Assembly (NCBI RefSeq): GCF_963921235.1
Contig: NC_086097.1
Location: forward strand, 20,338,001-20,402,000
Reading direction: 5' to 3'
DNA from: Mobula hypostoma
Taxonomy: Eukaryota
Length of the DNA stretch: 64,000 nt
Shown here: piece by piece, positions 12,750 to 25,660 of the stretch
Layout: each line of letters begins with the position of its first letter
How positions within the stretch are numbered: the stretch's first letter is position 1
Made by a program: the position numbers and the translations under genes
Notes under the pieces: generated by a model
Databases searched by the model: none
Told to the model about the DNA's origin: nothing
The model's input: only the letters and a program-made list of their open reading frames with translations

Positions 12750-13122
12750 ATATTCATCATCGTCATGTGCCGTGTCATTTGACCTGGGCGATCATGTTCT
12801 CCATGATTGTTCTTGGCAAAGTGGTTTGCCGTTGCCACCTTCTGGGCCAGTGTCTTTACAGGTCGGGTGACCCCAGCCATTATCAATGCTCTTCAGAGAT
12901 TGTCTGCCTGGTGTCAGAGGTTGCACAACCAGGACTTGTGACGTGCACCGGCTACTCGTACGACCATCTACCACCTGCTCCTGTGGCTTCACGTGACCAT
13001 GATCTGGGGTGGGGTGGGGGGCTTACACAGGTGCTACACCTTGCCCAAGGGTGACCTGCAGGAGGTCACCTGAGGTGCCTTGCACCTCCTTTGGTAGGGA
13101 TGTATCTCTACCCCACCACCCA
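12750..13122 (-). mobile_element. SINE-like element with (GAT)n tail, probably RTE-mobilised
   Basis: A second copy at ~29400-29680 is clearly homologous (GGGTGACCCC.GCCATTATCAAT.CTCTTC.GAGATTGTCTG). Confidence 0.6.
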
Positions 13123-14585
13123 AACAGTACATTGTAATACATAATTTAAAAACTATAAGTTATAATAAACATAAAAGTTAAGTAGTGAAAGAAAGGGAAA
13201 ATAATAGTGAGGTAGTGTTCGTTGTCTATCCAAAAATCTGATAGTGGAGGGGAAGAAGCTATTGCTGAAAGTTTGAGTGTGTGTCTTCAGGCTTCTGTAC
13301 ATCCTTGATGGTAGGAATGAGAACAGGGCATGTCCTTGGTGATAGGAGTCCTTAATAGGCCTATATTTGACCTGATGTCATTGTCATTGGTCTGAAGTTC
13401 CTGTGGAGAGCTTGAAGGGCTAATCTCTCCAGCATGTGTACCCTTGTACTGCCACCCTTTTGTAGTCTGTCCTGCCTGTGACATGGGCCATACCAAGTGA
13501 TTGGGTTGGAGGAGATTGGGACACCATCTCTAAGATCTGTTATTTATATATTCTGTAATATCATGTATTGCATTGAACTGCTGCTGCTAAGTTAACAAAT
13601 TTCACGACACATGCCGGTGATAATGAACCTGATTCTGATGTCACCTGAAAATGACAAACTTCTAGAGGTTCACATTGTCATTGTTCATCACAGCCAGGTG
13701 TAGAATCGCCAATGCCCAGAAACGGAAAAGTCAATTGAAAGTAGTGGACACAGCCCAGTCCATCACAGGCAAACCCCTCCCCACCACTGAGCACATTTAC
13801 AAGGAGCGCTGCCATAAGAAAGCAGCATCCATCATCAGGGACCCTCACTGTCCAGGCCATGCTCTTCTTTCGCTACCATCATCAGTCAGGAGGTACGAGG
13901 CCTTGAGTCTACCCCACCAGGCTCAGGAACAGTTATTACCCTACAGCCTTCAGGCTCCTGAACTGGCACGGATAACTTCACTTGCCTTAACTCTGAACTG
14001 ACTCACTCACATACGTTCTCAGTGGTAGTTATTTTGACTTGTACACATCGTCTTCTTTTCCACATTGTCAGTCTTTGCTTCTGTATCGTTTTTCATTGAT
14101 TCCACATATCTTTAGTTTTTTGTAAATGCCCACAAGAAAATGAATCTCAAGTTAGTACATGGTGACATGCGTGTACTTGGATAAGTTACTTTGCCTTTGA
14201 CTTTTGATATTATTTGGTCTCCTCCTTCCCTGAAACTTAAAACTGCCTTGTTTCATTCTCTAGTTCTGACAAAGAATAATGGACCTGCAATACGAACTCT
14301 TTCTCTCTTTCCAGGATTACTGTCTGCCAAGCATTTAATGTCACCTGTGCTTGACTAGTCTGAGGGATAGTTCTTCCAATCTAGGTGCCATTCCTCAGAT
14401 GTTTTGGTGAGGATTTTGCAGGCCATCAGGGTGGGGGCTAGGAGTGATTTGCTTGGTGCTGAGTCCAATGCCAAATTGTCGTCTTGCTTTGTTCTTTTCA
14501 TCTTTGAACTAAGCAGTGCTGATAACATTGAGTGACATACCAGAATACTTCAAAAGCAATTAAACACTGGCCATGGGTCTTGGGT

Positions 14586-15378
14586 CTTCAAAGGTTTCAA
14601 AGGTACATTTAATGTCAGAGAAATGTGTACTATATATCGTGAAATGCTTTTTCTTCGCAAACATCCATGAAAACAGAGGAGTGCCCCCAAAGAATGAACA
14701 ACAGTTAAATGTTAGAACCCCAAAGTCCCCCCCCAGCTCCCTTCCCTCCCCTGCGTGAGTGGCAGCAAGCAACGATTCCCCTCCCCCCCCCACCGGCAAA
14801 AAAAAGGCATCAGCACCCACCACTGAGCACACAAGTGTGAGCAAAGCAACAGCAAAGAGACAGACTTGCAGTTACTCTAAAGACTACATTGTTCACCTGG
14901 CATTTGACATACCACAGGCTCTCTCCCTAATAAGGGAGAAAGAGATGTCTCCATTTCACAGCGAGAGGGGAGACATAACAAACAACTCGCCGTCTACAAT
15001 GTTAAAAGTCCATTGCATCGCTTTTTCCGAGACCTCTGGCCAAAGATCTTCCAGCTCCCACGATGACGCACTGATCCCGTGCTGAGACACTGACCTTCGA
15101 TTCGCCTGTCTCCAGAGCCACGAAATCTGGGACCTCCGAAGGCGAGCTGAGCTCTTTGGCTGAGCCCTTGGCATGACGAACAATGGCCAGTTGTGAAACC
15201 CCGAGAGCTGGTCCCATTCCTGCAAAGAACCGTAGTTAGTGGGTAACTCCAGGTTAGGGTCTTCAGAAGAACCCTGAAAGGGAAAAATAGAGATATTAAA
15301 GATGGAAGTAGAGCTGTTTCCGAAGACGCAAGCAAAGGATCTGCTGTTAGGCGCCATTAACCCTCCTAAGCTCCGCTT
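14586..15378 (-). mobile_element. Non-autonomous non-LTR element (GC-rich body, TTTGAAACC-type tail)
   Basis: CpG-rich non-coding body; minus-strand 3' end ATTAAATGTACCTTTGAAACCTTTGAA, similar to the Rex1-type tails. Related piece at ~56915-57215. Confidence 0.5.
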
Positions 15379-16909
15379 TCAGTCGGATATACCGTGATCA
15401 ATAAAGCATAGCAGATTTCCACCCCCATGAAGCATAACTAGAACAAAAATAAGGGTCCATTTCACCTATCTGGTAGATTCCCTGGTCAGCATTATTTAGA
15501 TTGGTTAGTTATTCAAATTTTAAATTAAACGCTTTTAAACTCCACACTGCCTTAGTGACATTTAAACTCTCATCATTTGAAATACTAATCTGTTAATTTA
15601 AGCATTTTGCCACCAAAATTGCACAGGATAACTAGATCCATTTTTTGTTTCACTATCCCAAATCCTATATTCTTGAAGATGGTGGATACTTCATGTTGTT
15701 TTATGACCCTTGCTGGAGGACATTTCTATTGCTTGGTTTCAAAGCTAATGGGAGCCATGGTAGTATTGTGATTTAAAAAAAAATTAAATGTATAGTTAGG
15801 TGGGTGGGTTGGGGGGCTATTGCACATCAACCATCATTCAATGTTGGTAACCACTCACTACAACATTGACCACAACCCATAAACTCACTTTCAAGAACTT
15901 TACAGCTCATGTCCTCAATATTGTTTGTTAATTATTATTATCTTTGTATTTGCACTGTTTGCCTTTGCACATTTAGTCACCTACCTACGGGAAACATGTA
16001 AATAAAGTTGGAAGAGTACAGAGAAAATTTAGAAGGATGGAGGATCTGAGTTGAAAGGAAGACTGAATGGTTTAGGACTTTATTCTTTGGAACGTAGAAG
16101 ATTGAGAGGAGATTTGATAGAGGTATACAAAATTGAGGGGTATAGATGGGGTAAATGCAAGTGGAGTTTGGGTGGGACTACAATGAGAGGTCATGGGATA
16201 AGGGTGAAAGTTGAAAACTTTACTGGGAACATGAAGGGAAACTTCATGAGAGTGGTGAGCGTGTGGAATGATTGCCAGCACAAGTGGTGCATGTGAGCTC
16301 AATTTCAACATATAAGAGAAGTTTTGATAGGTACACGGGTGAGAGGGCAATGGTGCTGGTGCAGGTCAGTTTAAATGGTTCAGCATGGACTTGATGGGCC
16401 AAAGGGCCTGAATCTGTGCTGTACTTTTCTGTAATTCTATGACAATTGCTTGCCAGTCTTTGTGGTATGTCATTCTTTCTTTTTAAATCTTTTTATTATT
16501 GTATATCATTGATTCTATTGTAATTCTTTGTTCTACTGTGAATGCCTACAAGAAAATGAATCTTGGGGCAATATCAGGTGACATATCCATACCTTGGTAA
16601 TAAATTTACTTTGAACTTTGAGCATCCTTAACATTTGCACTGTAGAGATCACTGGATGTTACATCAGTTGCTTACGCATAGAGTGAGATTGCATTTGCAA
16701 ATCGCCTCATTGTGGCTGTTAGCCTCATCTTCCATCCCCAACATACACCCGATGCCATGCAACTCAAATAACTTAGACACTTGGATCAAGGTAGCTATTT
16801 TGGTTTACTGCATTGCTAGATAACAAAGTGGAGGTTGATAGGTTCTTGGTTGGTAAGGGTGTCAAAGGATATGGGCCGAAGGCAGGAGAATGAGATTGAA
16901 ATGGATGAT

Positions 16910-18250
16910 AAAAATTCGAAGTGAATTTATTGTCAAAGTACATATATGTCACCATATACAACCCTGAGATTCATTTTCTTGTGGGCATACTTAATAAATC
17001 CAATGACCATAATAGAATCAGTGAAAGACTGTACTGACAGGGCTGATGACCAAGGTGCAAAAGACAACAAACTCTGAAAATGCGGAAAGAAATAATAATA
17101 AATAAATAAATATTGAGAACATGAGATGAAGAGTCCTTGAAAATAAATACATAGGCTGCAGTAAAAGTTCAGTGATGACTAGTGAAGTTGAGTGAAGTTA
17201 TCCCCTCTCGTTCAAGAGCCTGATGGTTGAGGGGTAATAACTGTTTCTGAAACTGGTAGTGTGAATCTTACGGCTCCTGTACCTTCTCCTTGTTGGCAGC
17301 AGCACGAAGAGAGCATAGCCTGGGTTGTAGTGGTCCCTGCTGATGGATGCTGTGTTCAAGTCGAATCTGAATAAAACTCAGGAGACCAGCTTCTTTTAGT
17401 TACAACAGTTTATTGCACCCCCTCCTGCAGGAGTTTGAGACCCAGTTGTCGAAGGGAAGGCACGTAAGTACTGCCACCATCCGATAACTGGGCTCACTTA
17501 GTCAGATTACAGCCGTATATTTATACATAGTAAGCCCCATACATTACTGTTGCTAGATGTTATTAGAACTGGTACGCCCACCAAGTCTGTTGGAGCAAAA
17601 CTTAATTACTTAGATAAGAGAGTCCAGTAAATCAAGGTTTTAATTACAGATGAATGTACTGTACTGTCCAGTCCTTATCAGTTATTCCCTTTGCTAGGCC
17701 CTGACTTAATTACAGATGGATATTCATTCCTGTCCTTATCGGAGAGTCCTCCTCCTCCTACTCAAACGAGGGTACAATGTTATCAAACTCTCAATGTCTC
17801 TCTGCACACCAAGGGAGAACTAGTATAATCTGTTACTTTAGCTAACTGCTGAAGACAGAGTTTACTTCAGTTCAAGAATTCCTATTAAGTCCCAATTATT
17901 CTTTTAGCCAGAGGTCACATAGGTTCAAAATGATTTCTTTATATTCTCAATTCCTCAGCTGCTTTCCTGTGACAATGCTCCATGCAGATGTCCTCAGTGG
18001 TGGGGAGGCTTTACCTGTGATGGACTAGGCAGTATCCATTACTTTTTGTAGGCTTTTCTATTCAAGGCATTGGTGTTTCTGTGCCAGGATATAGATACTC
18101 TCCACCACACATCTGTCGAAATTTGTCAGAGTTTTATGTGTCATGCTGAATCTTCGCAAACTTCTAATGAAGTATAGCTGCTGCCATGCATTCTTCATTT
18201 CCTCTCCCTAAAATGATACTCAGCTCATTGGTCTTGCTGACATTGAGTAA
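16910..18250 (-). mobile_element. Rex1/Babar-like LINE fragment hosting a solo LTR
   Basis: GATGGATGCTG|...|GCTGCTTTCCTGTGACAATG rejoins across the LTR and is homologous to 5250-5965. Confidence 0.75.
17353..17957 (-). mobile_element. Solo LTR, family 1
   Basis: TG...CA termini, perfect 4-bp TSD GCTG (17349-17352 / 17958-17961), minus-strand TATAAATA and AATAAA. Homologous to 59536-60091. Confidence 0.85.
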
Positions 18251-18411
18251 TCAGAATCGGGTTTAATATCACTGGCTTATGTTGTGAAATCTGTTGACTT
18301 TGTGGCAACAGTACAAAGCAATATACAATAGAGGAAAAAAAAACTGAATTACTGTGTGTCTGTGTACATATATATGATTTTATTATAGTATAAATAATAT
18401 GTTATTACAAC

Positions 18412-19822
18412 TTTTTTTCTCACCCGTTATGGGTGGTGTGTATGTGTATTTTCCCCTCAATCTTGGGTCCTCTACCAGAGGCCTGGGAGCTTGGGGATTC
18501 GACACAGTACCTTTGCTGTTCCTAGTAGTGCACTCTTCTGAACTGAGATCTCAGATGTTGCTCCTGGCATTTGTTGGAGCCGCTCTCCCAGTCCAGGAGT
18601 CACAGCTCCAAGTGCTCCTATCACCACTGGGATTAGTCTGGCTTTGAACTTCTCCCATACACTCTTCTAGTACTCAGTTGCTGTTTTGGTTGTTCAGGTA
18701 CTGGCACGTTGTGCTCGGGAACTGTGCGAATACTTTGCCTTGTTCTTTGGAGAAGAGTGCATTCATTCACTTGGCCTCAGCATCATTAGTGTATTTCTGT
18801 AGCCTGGTAGCCAGAGCTGTTAACCATTGCTTGGCATTTTCCAGGGCTTCGGCTATGGACATACCTCTGTACTTCCCTATTAGCCAAGATGAATCTTTGG
18901 TCTTCCCACCTTTCTACAGCTCAGTTATTCTGCTTCCAGTCACTGTCTCCAGGGGAGGTTATAACAGGACTCCCCACTGTACTTCATTTTGTAGCCCAGC
19001 ATTTCTAGGACTGCTGCTGCCGATGCATATCAGATTTTTGGTCTCTGCTTTGCTGGAGGTTGCAGTTGAGTAGTACTTCGTTGGCTGCTTCCAGCATGTT
19101 GTTTAATGGAATTTTATCACAAAGTCTCGAGGGTGGGGGGGGGCCTAGTTTGTTGATTGACAGTTACTAGTTTAGCTATGATCTTTTCTCTGATTGCAGC
19201 AGCCAGCATCAGTATGGCCGGAAGTGAGGTTCAAACTTGCATTTCCCATGTACAAGGTGATGCTATTACCTTTGCGCCACCTGTGAGTTGCGGAAGTGGG
19301 GTTTGAACCCTTCCCGATCGGATCGGTTCTGTGGTGATGTTCCTCTGATGCACTGCAACTATATGTCTTCCAGTTCAAGATGTGATAGCAATCCTCTGAC
19401 AATGTTTGATCGCTGGGTAGGTAACCAGTTGTTTTTTCATGAATGTGGACGACAGTCTTTGTGGTTGCCAGAGTCCCCACTTGTGCTTGATGTGTCCTCT
19501 TTCAAGTGGGTTGCTGTTAAAGTAGCACTCCATTAATTCCGCGTAGTCCAGTCTCGTCCGTGTATGGTTTGTTCCGGTAGCCAATTTCTCACCTGGTGGT
19601 CCCCACCATTGATGCGGACCCTGATAATCCGGGTGATGTCAAAGCCAGCATGGCTCTTGTTCTCGTCACTCTCATCCGGAGGTTTTTGTGGGCAGATGTA
19701 GCATAAGGACGAGAGGTCCAGCCCGAGACCCCTACAGGGCCACCACCCACCTCTGGGACCTGAACCCTGGACCCCCATGCCGCAGAGCCCGGACAGCTCC
19801 TGGTGTAGGCCTCCAAAGGGCT
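18412..19822 (-). mobile_element. Internally deleted R4/Dong (Rex6-like) non-LTR retrotransposon
   Basis: Minus strand 18.58-18.47 kb translates LQQMPGATSEISVQKSALLGTAKVLCRIPKLPGLW*. The N-terminal frame ELMECYFNSNPLERG is at 19375..19584. No RT motifs lie between them. Confidence 0.65.
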
Positions 19823-19825
19823 ATA

Positions 19826-19872
<47 letters not shown>

Positions 19873-19906
19873 ATATATGTGTGTGTGTGTGTGTGTGTGT
19901 CTGTGT
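19822..19906. repeat. (TG)n microsatellite with TA interruptions
   Basis: Directly visible. Confidence 0.95.
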
Positions 19907-20461
19907 TTATGAAGTAGTGCAAAAAGAGATATTAGAAAAAGTAGTGAGCTAATGTTGTTGTGGCACCACTCGGTCAGATTTTCAGTCAACACCTTTGATT
20001 CGGCCTGTGACAGTGGCTTCATCAGCAAACTTAAATATGGCATTGGAGCTGTGCTTAGCCACACAGTCCTATGTGTAAGGCGGGGGCTAAGCACACAGCC
20101 TTCTGGTGCACCTGTGCTGATGGAAATTGTGGAGGCCATTAGCCATGATAGAATGATGCAACAGACTCTGGGCCGAATGGCCTAATTCTGCTCCTATGTC
20201 TTACGGTCTTAAGTTGCTTCCAGAATTGCTTGCTCCTTCAGCAGATCTGCCTTTGCTCCCAATCCTACAGAAAATAGTGGATATAGCCCAGTCCATTACG
20301 GGTAAAGTCCTCCCCACCACTGAGCACATCGACACAAAATGCTGTCGCAGGAAAGCAACGTCCATCATCCAGCACCCCGGCCATGCTCTCTTTTTGCTGC
20401 TGCCATCAGGAAGAAGGGACAGGAGCCTCTGACCCCACACCACCAGAGCCAGGAGCAGTTA

Positions 20462-22318
20462 CTAGACACTGGAATACTACAGCACAGTACAGACCCTTCG
20501 GCCCTCGCTGTTGTGCCGACCCATATATTCCTTTTAAAAACAAATACTAAACCTACACTACCCCGTAACGCTCTATTTTTCTTTCATCCATGTGCCTGTC
20601 CAAGAGGCTCCTAAATATTCCTAATGTTTTAGCCTCCACCACCATCCCTGGCAAGTCATACCAGGCACCCACAACCCTCTGTGTATAAAACTTACCCCTG
20701 ATGTCTACCCTAAACTTTGTACATATGCCCTCTGGTGTTTGCTATTCGTGCCCTGGGAAACAGGTACTGACTATCCACCCTATCTATGCCTCTCATAATC
20801 TTGTAGACCTCTATCAAGTCCCCTCTCATCATTCTACACTCCAAAGAGAAAAGTCCCAGCTCTGCTAACCTTGCCTCATAAGACTTGTTTTCCAATCCAG
20901 GCAATTTCCTGGTAAATCTCCTCTGCACCCTCTCCATAGCTTCCACATCCTTCCTGTAATGAGGTGACCAGAACTGAACACAATACTCTTAAAAGTGTGG
21001 TCTCACCAGAGATTTGTAGAGTTGCAACATGACCTCTCTACTCTTGAACTCAATCCCCCTATTAATGAAGCCTAGCATCCCATAGGCCTTCCTAACTGTC
21101 CTATCAACCTGTACAGCGACCTTGAGGGATGTATGGATTTGAACCCCAAGGTCCCTCTGTTCATCCACACTCTTACGTAACTGACCATTAACCCTGTACT
21201 CAACTTTCTGGTTTGTCCTTCTAAAATGCATCACCTTACACTTGTCTGAATTGAACTCCATCTGCCACTTTTCTGCCCAACTCTGCATCCTGTCTATATT
21301 CTCCTGTAACCTTCGCCAACCTACAGCTCCATCCTCCAATCTTCTTGTCATCTGAAAACTTACTCATCCATCCTTCCACCTCTTCATCCAGGTCATTTAT
21401 AAAAATCACAACGAGCAGGGATCCCAGGACAGATCCTTGTGGCACTCCACTAGTCACTGACCTCCAGGCAGAATACTTTCCTTCCACTACTACCCTCTGC
21501 TTTTTTCCTGTAAGCCAATTTTTTATCCAAACAGCCAAGGTTCCACTGATCCCATGCCTCATGACTTTCTGGATGAGTCTCTCGTGGGGGACCTTGTCAA
21601 ATGCCTTGCTAAAATCCATGTAGACCACATCTACCATCCTACCCTCATCAATTTCTTTTGTTACCTCTTCAAAAAACTCAATTCGGCTCGTGGGGCATGA
21701 CCTTCCCTTCACAAAGCCATGTTGACTATCCTTGAGTAGACTGTACTTTTCCAAATGCTCGTAGACCCTATCCTTAAGAATCCTTTCCAATAGATTGCAG
21801 ACCACCGACGCAAGACTCACCGGTCCATAGTTCCCAGGATTCTCCCTATTAACTTCTTTTAAACAAGGGAACTACATTTGCCATTTTCCAATCCTCTGGC
21901 ACCTCCCCTGCAGCCAAAGAGGATTCAAAGATCATAGCTACTGCTCCAGCGATCTCTTTTCTCACTTCCCACAGCAACCTGGAGTATATCACGACCGGCC
22001 CTGGGGTCTTACCAATCTTGATGTTCTTAAGAAGATCCAACACTTCTTTCTTAATCTCCCCACTGTCCAGCACACAGGCCTGTTCTATTTTGACCTCGCC
22101 CTGATCAAGGTCCTTTTCACTTGTGAATACTGAAGCAAAGTATTCATTTAGGACCTCCCCAACCTCCTCTGCCTCCAGGCACATGTTGCCTTCTTTATCC
22201 TTTAGCGGCCCCACCTTCATTCTTGTCATCCTTCTGTTCTTCACATACGCATAGAGCGCCTTGGGGTTCTCCTTAATCCTACATGCCAAGGCCTTCTCAT
22301 GCCCCCTTTGAGCTCTAG
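20462..22318 (-). mobile_element. CR1-like LINE, 5'-truncated, RT plus 3' UTR (frameshifted)
   Basis: ORFs 21849..22289, 21236..21820, 20989..21351 and 20710..20946 carry ANVVPLFK, QHGFVKGRSC, YMDFSKAFDKVPH, SGVPQGSVLG, KFSDD, RGDLIEVYKIM. Inserted into a + strand Rex1 fragment (20265-22600). Confidence 0.92.
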
Positions 22319-24619
22319 TACCTCATCCACCAGGCTCTGGCACCAAAGCGAATAACTTCACTCTCCCCGTCACTGAAATTTTCCCACAACCTATGGCTTC
22401 TCTTTCAAGGACTCTTCATCTTATGTTCGCAATATTTATTATTATTAATTACTTTTTGTATTTGTATAGTTTGTATCTTTTACACACTGAGCACATAGGT
22501 TGGTGCAGTCCTTCATTGATTCTGTATGATTATTGTTCTGTTAGGGATTTATTGAGTATGGCCAAAAGATAATGGATCTCAGGATTGTATATAGTGACAG
22601 CTGAAGTTGTTTCTTGTCAAGTTTTCAAGGTCAGAGTCAGCATCTGTAATAGTCCATGCTTTCAGGTTCAGGTGCCCGTGGCTGGGCTTTTGCCGCAATC
22701 CTGTCTGAAAAATGTTGCATTTTGCTTTCAGGAGTTAGAGGGAAAGATCATTGATTTGTGCGGAATTACTGCAAGAAAGATGTCACTATTGAGATGGACA
22801 GTCACAGTGATACACAGCAAGACAAAGCTTAGTAGGATGAATTATCAAAAACACGAGAATCTGCAAATGCTGGAAATCCAGACGCAAAATGCTGGAGGAA
22901 CTCAGCAGGTCAGGCAGCATCTATGGAGTAGAATACACAGTTGATGTTTTGGGTCAAGACCTTTCATAAATAATCAAGGCTGCTTTCCAAATTATGCATT
23001 GCATTTTGAATCACTCCAAGGATTAGTTCAAGTTTTGTCACAATTCTTCAGTTTAAAAAAAAAAGGCATTTTATAATTTTATTATATTGCAAAATTAGTG
23101 AGCAATGGTCTTGGATATTGTTCAGGTAGGGCACTGAATCAAGCCTCTGTCTGCCCTTTTGGGATCTGCTGACTAACTGCAGAGTGAGGAAGTTCTCCCC
23201 AGTGACCTGTCAGTGATCCTCTCCATCAGCATGGCTGAAACTTGATCAGAGTGAGGATCATGTTCTTCTTTATGGGGCCTTGTTTGCTGTTCCATTTCAA
23301 GCACTAAAACATTCAACCACTTAAAAACTGTGTCCGAAGTACCTGAAAGGAATCAAGTGAATGTCAATTAAGATAAGGTTTGAATTTGGGTGAAGAGAGG
23401 GACACCAACAGGCAGAAGTGAGGCATTAGGAGAGTTGACGATGCAGAGGTATAAGAACTGGAGGTCTGATGGAGAATTATTTGAGGGAGAAATGGTGTTC
23501 TGGAAAGGAGAATGAAATGAAGTTAAGGGGAAAGCGGGTACCTGGGAACACTGGAGTAGCACAATGTGGCTCCTTGTACCTGCTTTGCCATTTAATGTCT
23601 GACCTTGATATCATTATCCTATGCGGACCCCATAACTCAAGAATCCTTTAATATCTCGAAATTTATTGATTTCTGTTCAATATAGTCATCAAATGAAGTT
23701 ATGTAGTTTTACTTTCCCCTGCTGAAGACATTTTTTGACTAGTATTAGGTTGACTTTGTATCTTAGTAGTGAGCCTTATACTTTAGAGCGCCAGTTCAAT
23801 TCCCGCTGCTGTCTGTAAGGAGTGTGTATGTTTTCCTTGTGGCTGCATGGGTTTCCTCCGGGTGCTCCGGTTTCCTCCCACTAAGAACTTTCACAATTGA
23901 GAGCCTCCTGACTGGCTGCATCACTGTCTGGTATGGGAACTGTAACTCCCTTAATCACAGGACTCTGCAGAGAGTGGTGCAGACAGCCCAGTGCATCTGT
24001 AGTTGTGAACTTCCCATGATTCAGGACATTTACAGAGACAGGTGTGGAAAAAGGGCCCGAAGGATCACTGGGGACCCGAGTCACCCCAACCACAATCTAT
24101 TCCGGCTGCTACCATCCAGGAAATGGTACCGCAACATAAAAGCCAGGACCAACAGGCTCCGGGCAGCTTCTTCCACCAGGCCGTCAGACTGATTAACTCA
24201 CGCTGATTTGAGTGTATTTCTGTGTTACATTGACTGTTCTATTTATTATAAATTACTATGATTGCACATTACACATTTAGATGGAGACATAACATAATGA
24301 TTTTTACTCATGTATGTGAAGGATGTAAGAAAGTCACTTCCTTCATTCATTCACATCCCAAAGATGTACGAGCCAGAGGGTTAAATGGCAGGGGTTTGTT
24401 AGTCTGGAAGGGCCTGTGCTTGTGCTGTCCCTCTAAATAAAAAATGGTCCCAAATGACCGAATCATGTATTGACTCAGGACTCTCTTTTCCAGAGATCCC
24501 AGGTAGAGTAATACCATTCCTGTATCAACTCTGTCAGCCTCAAAAATTTTTGGCCATTACAATGAAATTGCCTCTTATTTTTAAAGTTTAAAAGTTCAGT
24601 TTTATTTGTCGCAATGAAA

Positions 24620-25610
24620 CGGAAGAATGGGCAAAAGAGTGGCAGATGGGATACAGTGTCGGGAAATGTATGATAATGCATTTTGGTAAAAGGAACAATA
24701 TTGCAAACTATTATCTAAATGGGGAGAAGGTTCAAACATCAGAGGTGCAGGGGCACTTGGGAGTCCTCGTGCAAGACTCCCAGAAGGTTAATTTGCAGTT
24801 TGAGTCTGTGGTAAAGAAGGCAAATGCAATGTTGGCATTTATTTCAAGGGGAATAGAATATAAAAGCAAGGAGATAATGCTGAGCAACACACATCAAAGT
24901 TTCTGGTGAACGCAGCAGGCCAGGCAGCATCTCTAGGAAGCTGCCTATAAATGCTGCCTGGCCTGCTGCGTTCACCAGCAACTTTGATGTGTGTTGCTTG
25001 AATTTCCAGTATCTGCAGAATTACTTGCGTTTGAGATGATGCTGAGGCTTCATAAGATGCTAGTCAGGTCACAACTGGAGTGTTGCCTATATCTCAGAAA
25101 GAGTGTGTTCTTATTGGACAGAGTCCAGAGGTAGTTGACAAGGATTGTTCCAGGAATGAGGGGGTGAACATCAGCTTTGGGCCTGTACTCGCTGGAATTT
25201 AGAAGAATGCGGGGGGGGGGGGGGAGGGAATCTCATTGAAACCTACTGAATATTGAAAAATCTAGATAGGGTGGAGGTGGAGAGGATGCTTCCTCAAGTG
25301 GGGGTATCCAGAACTAGAGGGCACAGCCTCAAAACTGAGGGGTGACTTTTCAGAGCAGAGGTAAGGAGGAATTTATTTTTAGCTCGAGAGTAGTAAATCT
25401 GTGGAATGCTCTGCTACAGACTGTGATGGAGGCCAAGTCCATCGGTATATTTAAGGTGGAAGTTGCTTGTTTCCTGATCGGTCAGGCATCAAAGGATATG
25501 GCGAGAAGACAGGTGTATGGGGTTGAGTGGGATCTGGGATCTGCCATGATGGAATGGTGGAGCAGACTCGATGGGCTGAATGGCCTAATTCTGCTCCTGT
25601 CTTATGGTTG
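24620..25610 (+). mobile_element. CR1-like LINE 3' portion with a hairpin insertion
   Basis: ORF 24646..24909 KCMIMHFG...VVKKANAMLAFISRGIEYKS; 3' tail GGGCTGAATGGCCTAATTCTGCTCCTGTCTTATGG. Confidence 0.85.
24885..25032. mobile_element. Penelope-type repeat inserted as an inverted pair
   Basis: 48-bp inverted arms 24883-24930 / 24951-24998 (1 mismatch); TSD GAGAT(A/G)ATGCTGAG at 24871-24884 and 25033-25046. Confidence 0.8.
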
Positions 25611-25660
25611 CATCAAACCAAATCAGTGAGGATAATCTCTTACTAACTCTTCCTTCAGTT

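Noticed and set aside
22732..22831. Possible internal exon (acceptor TTTTGCTTTCAG|G at 22731)
   Set aside because: The donor is weak, the peptide is unrecognisable and there is no independent support.
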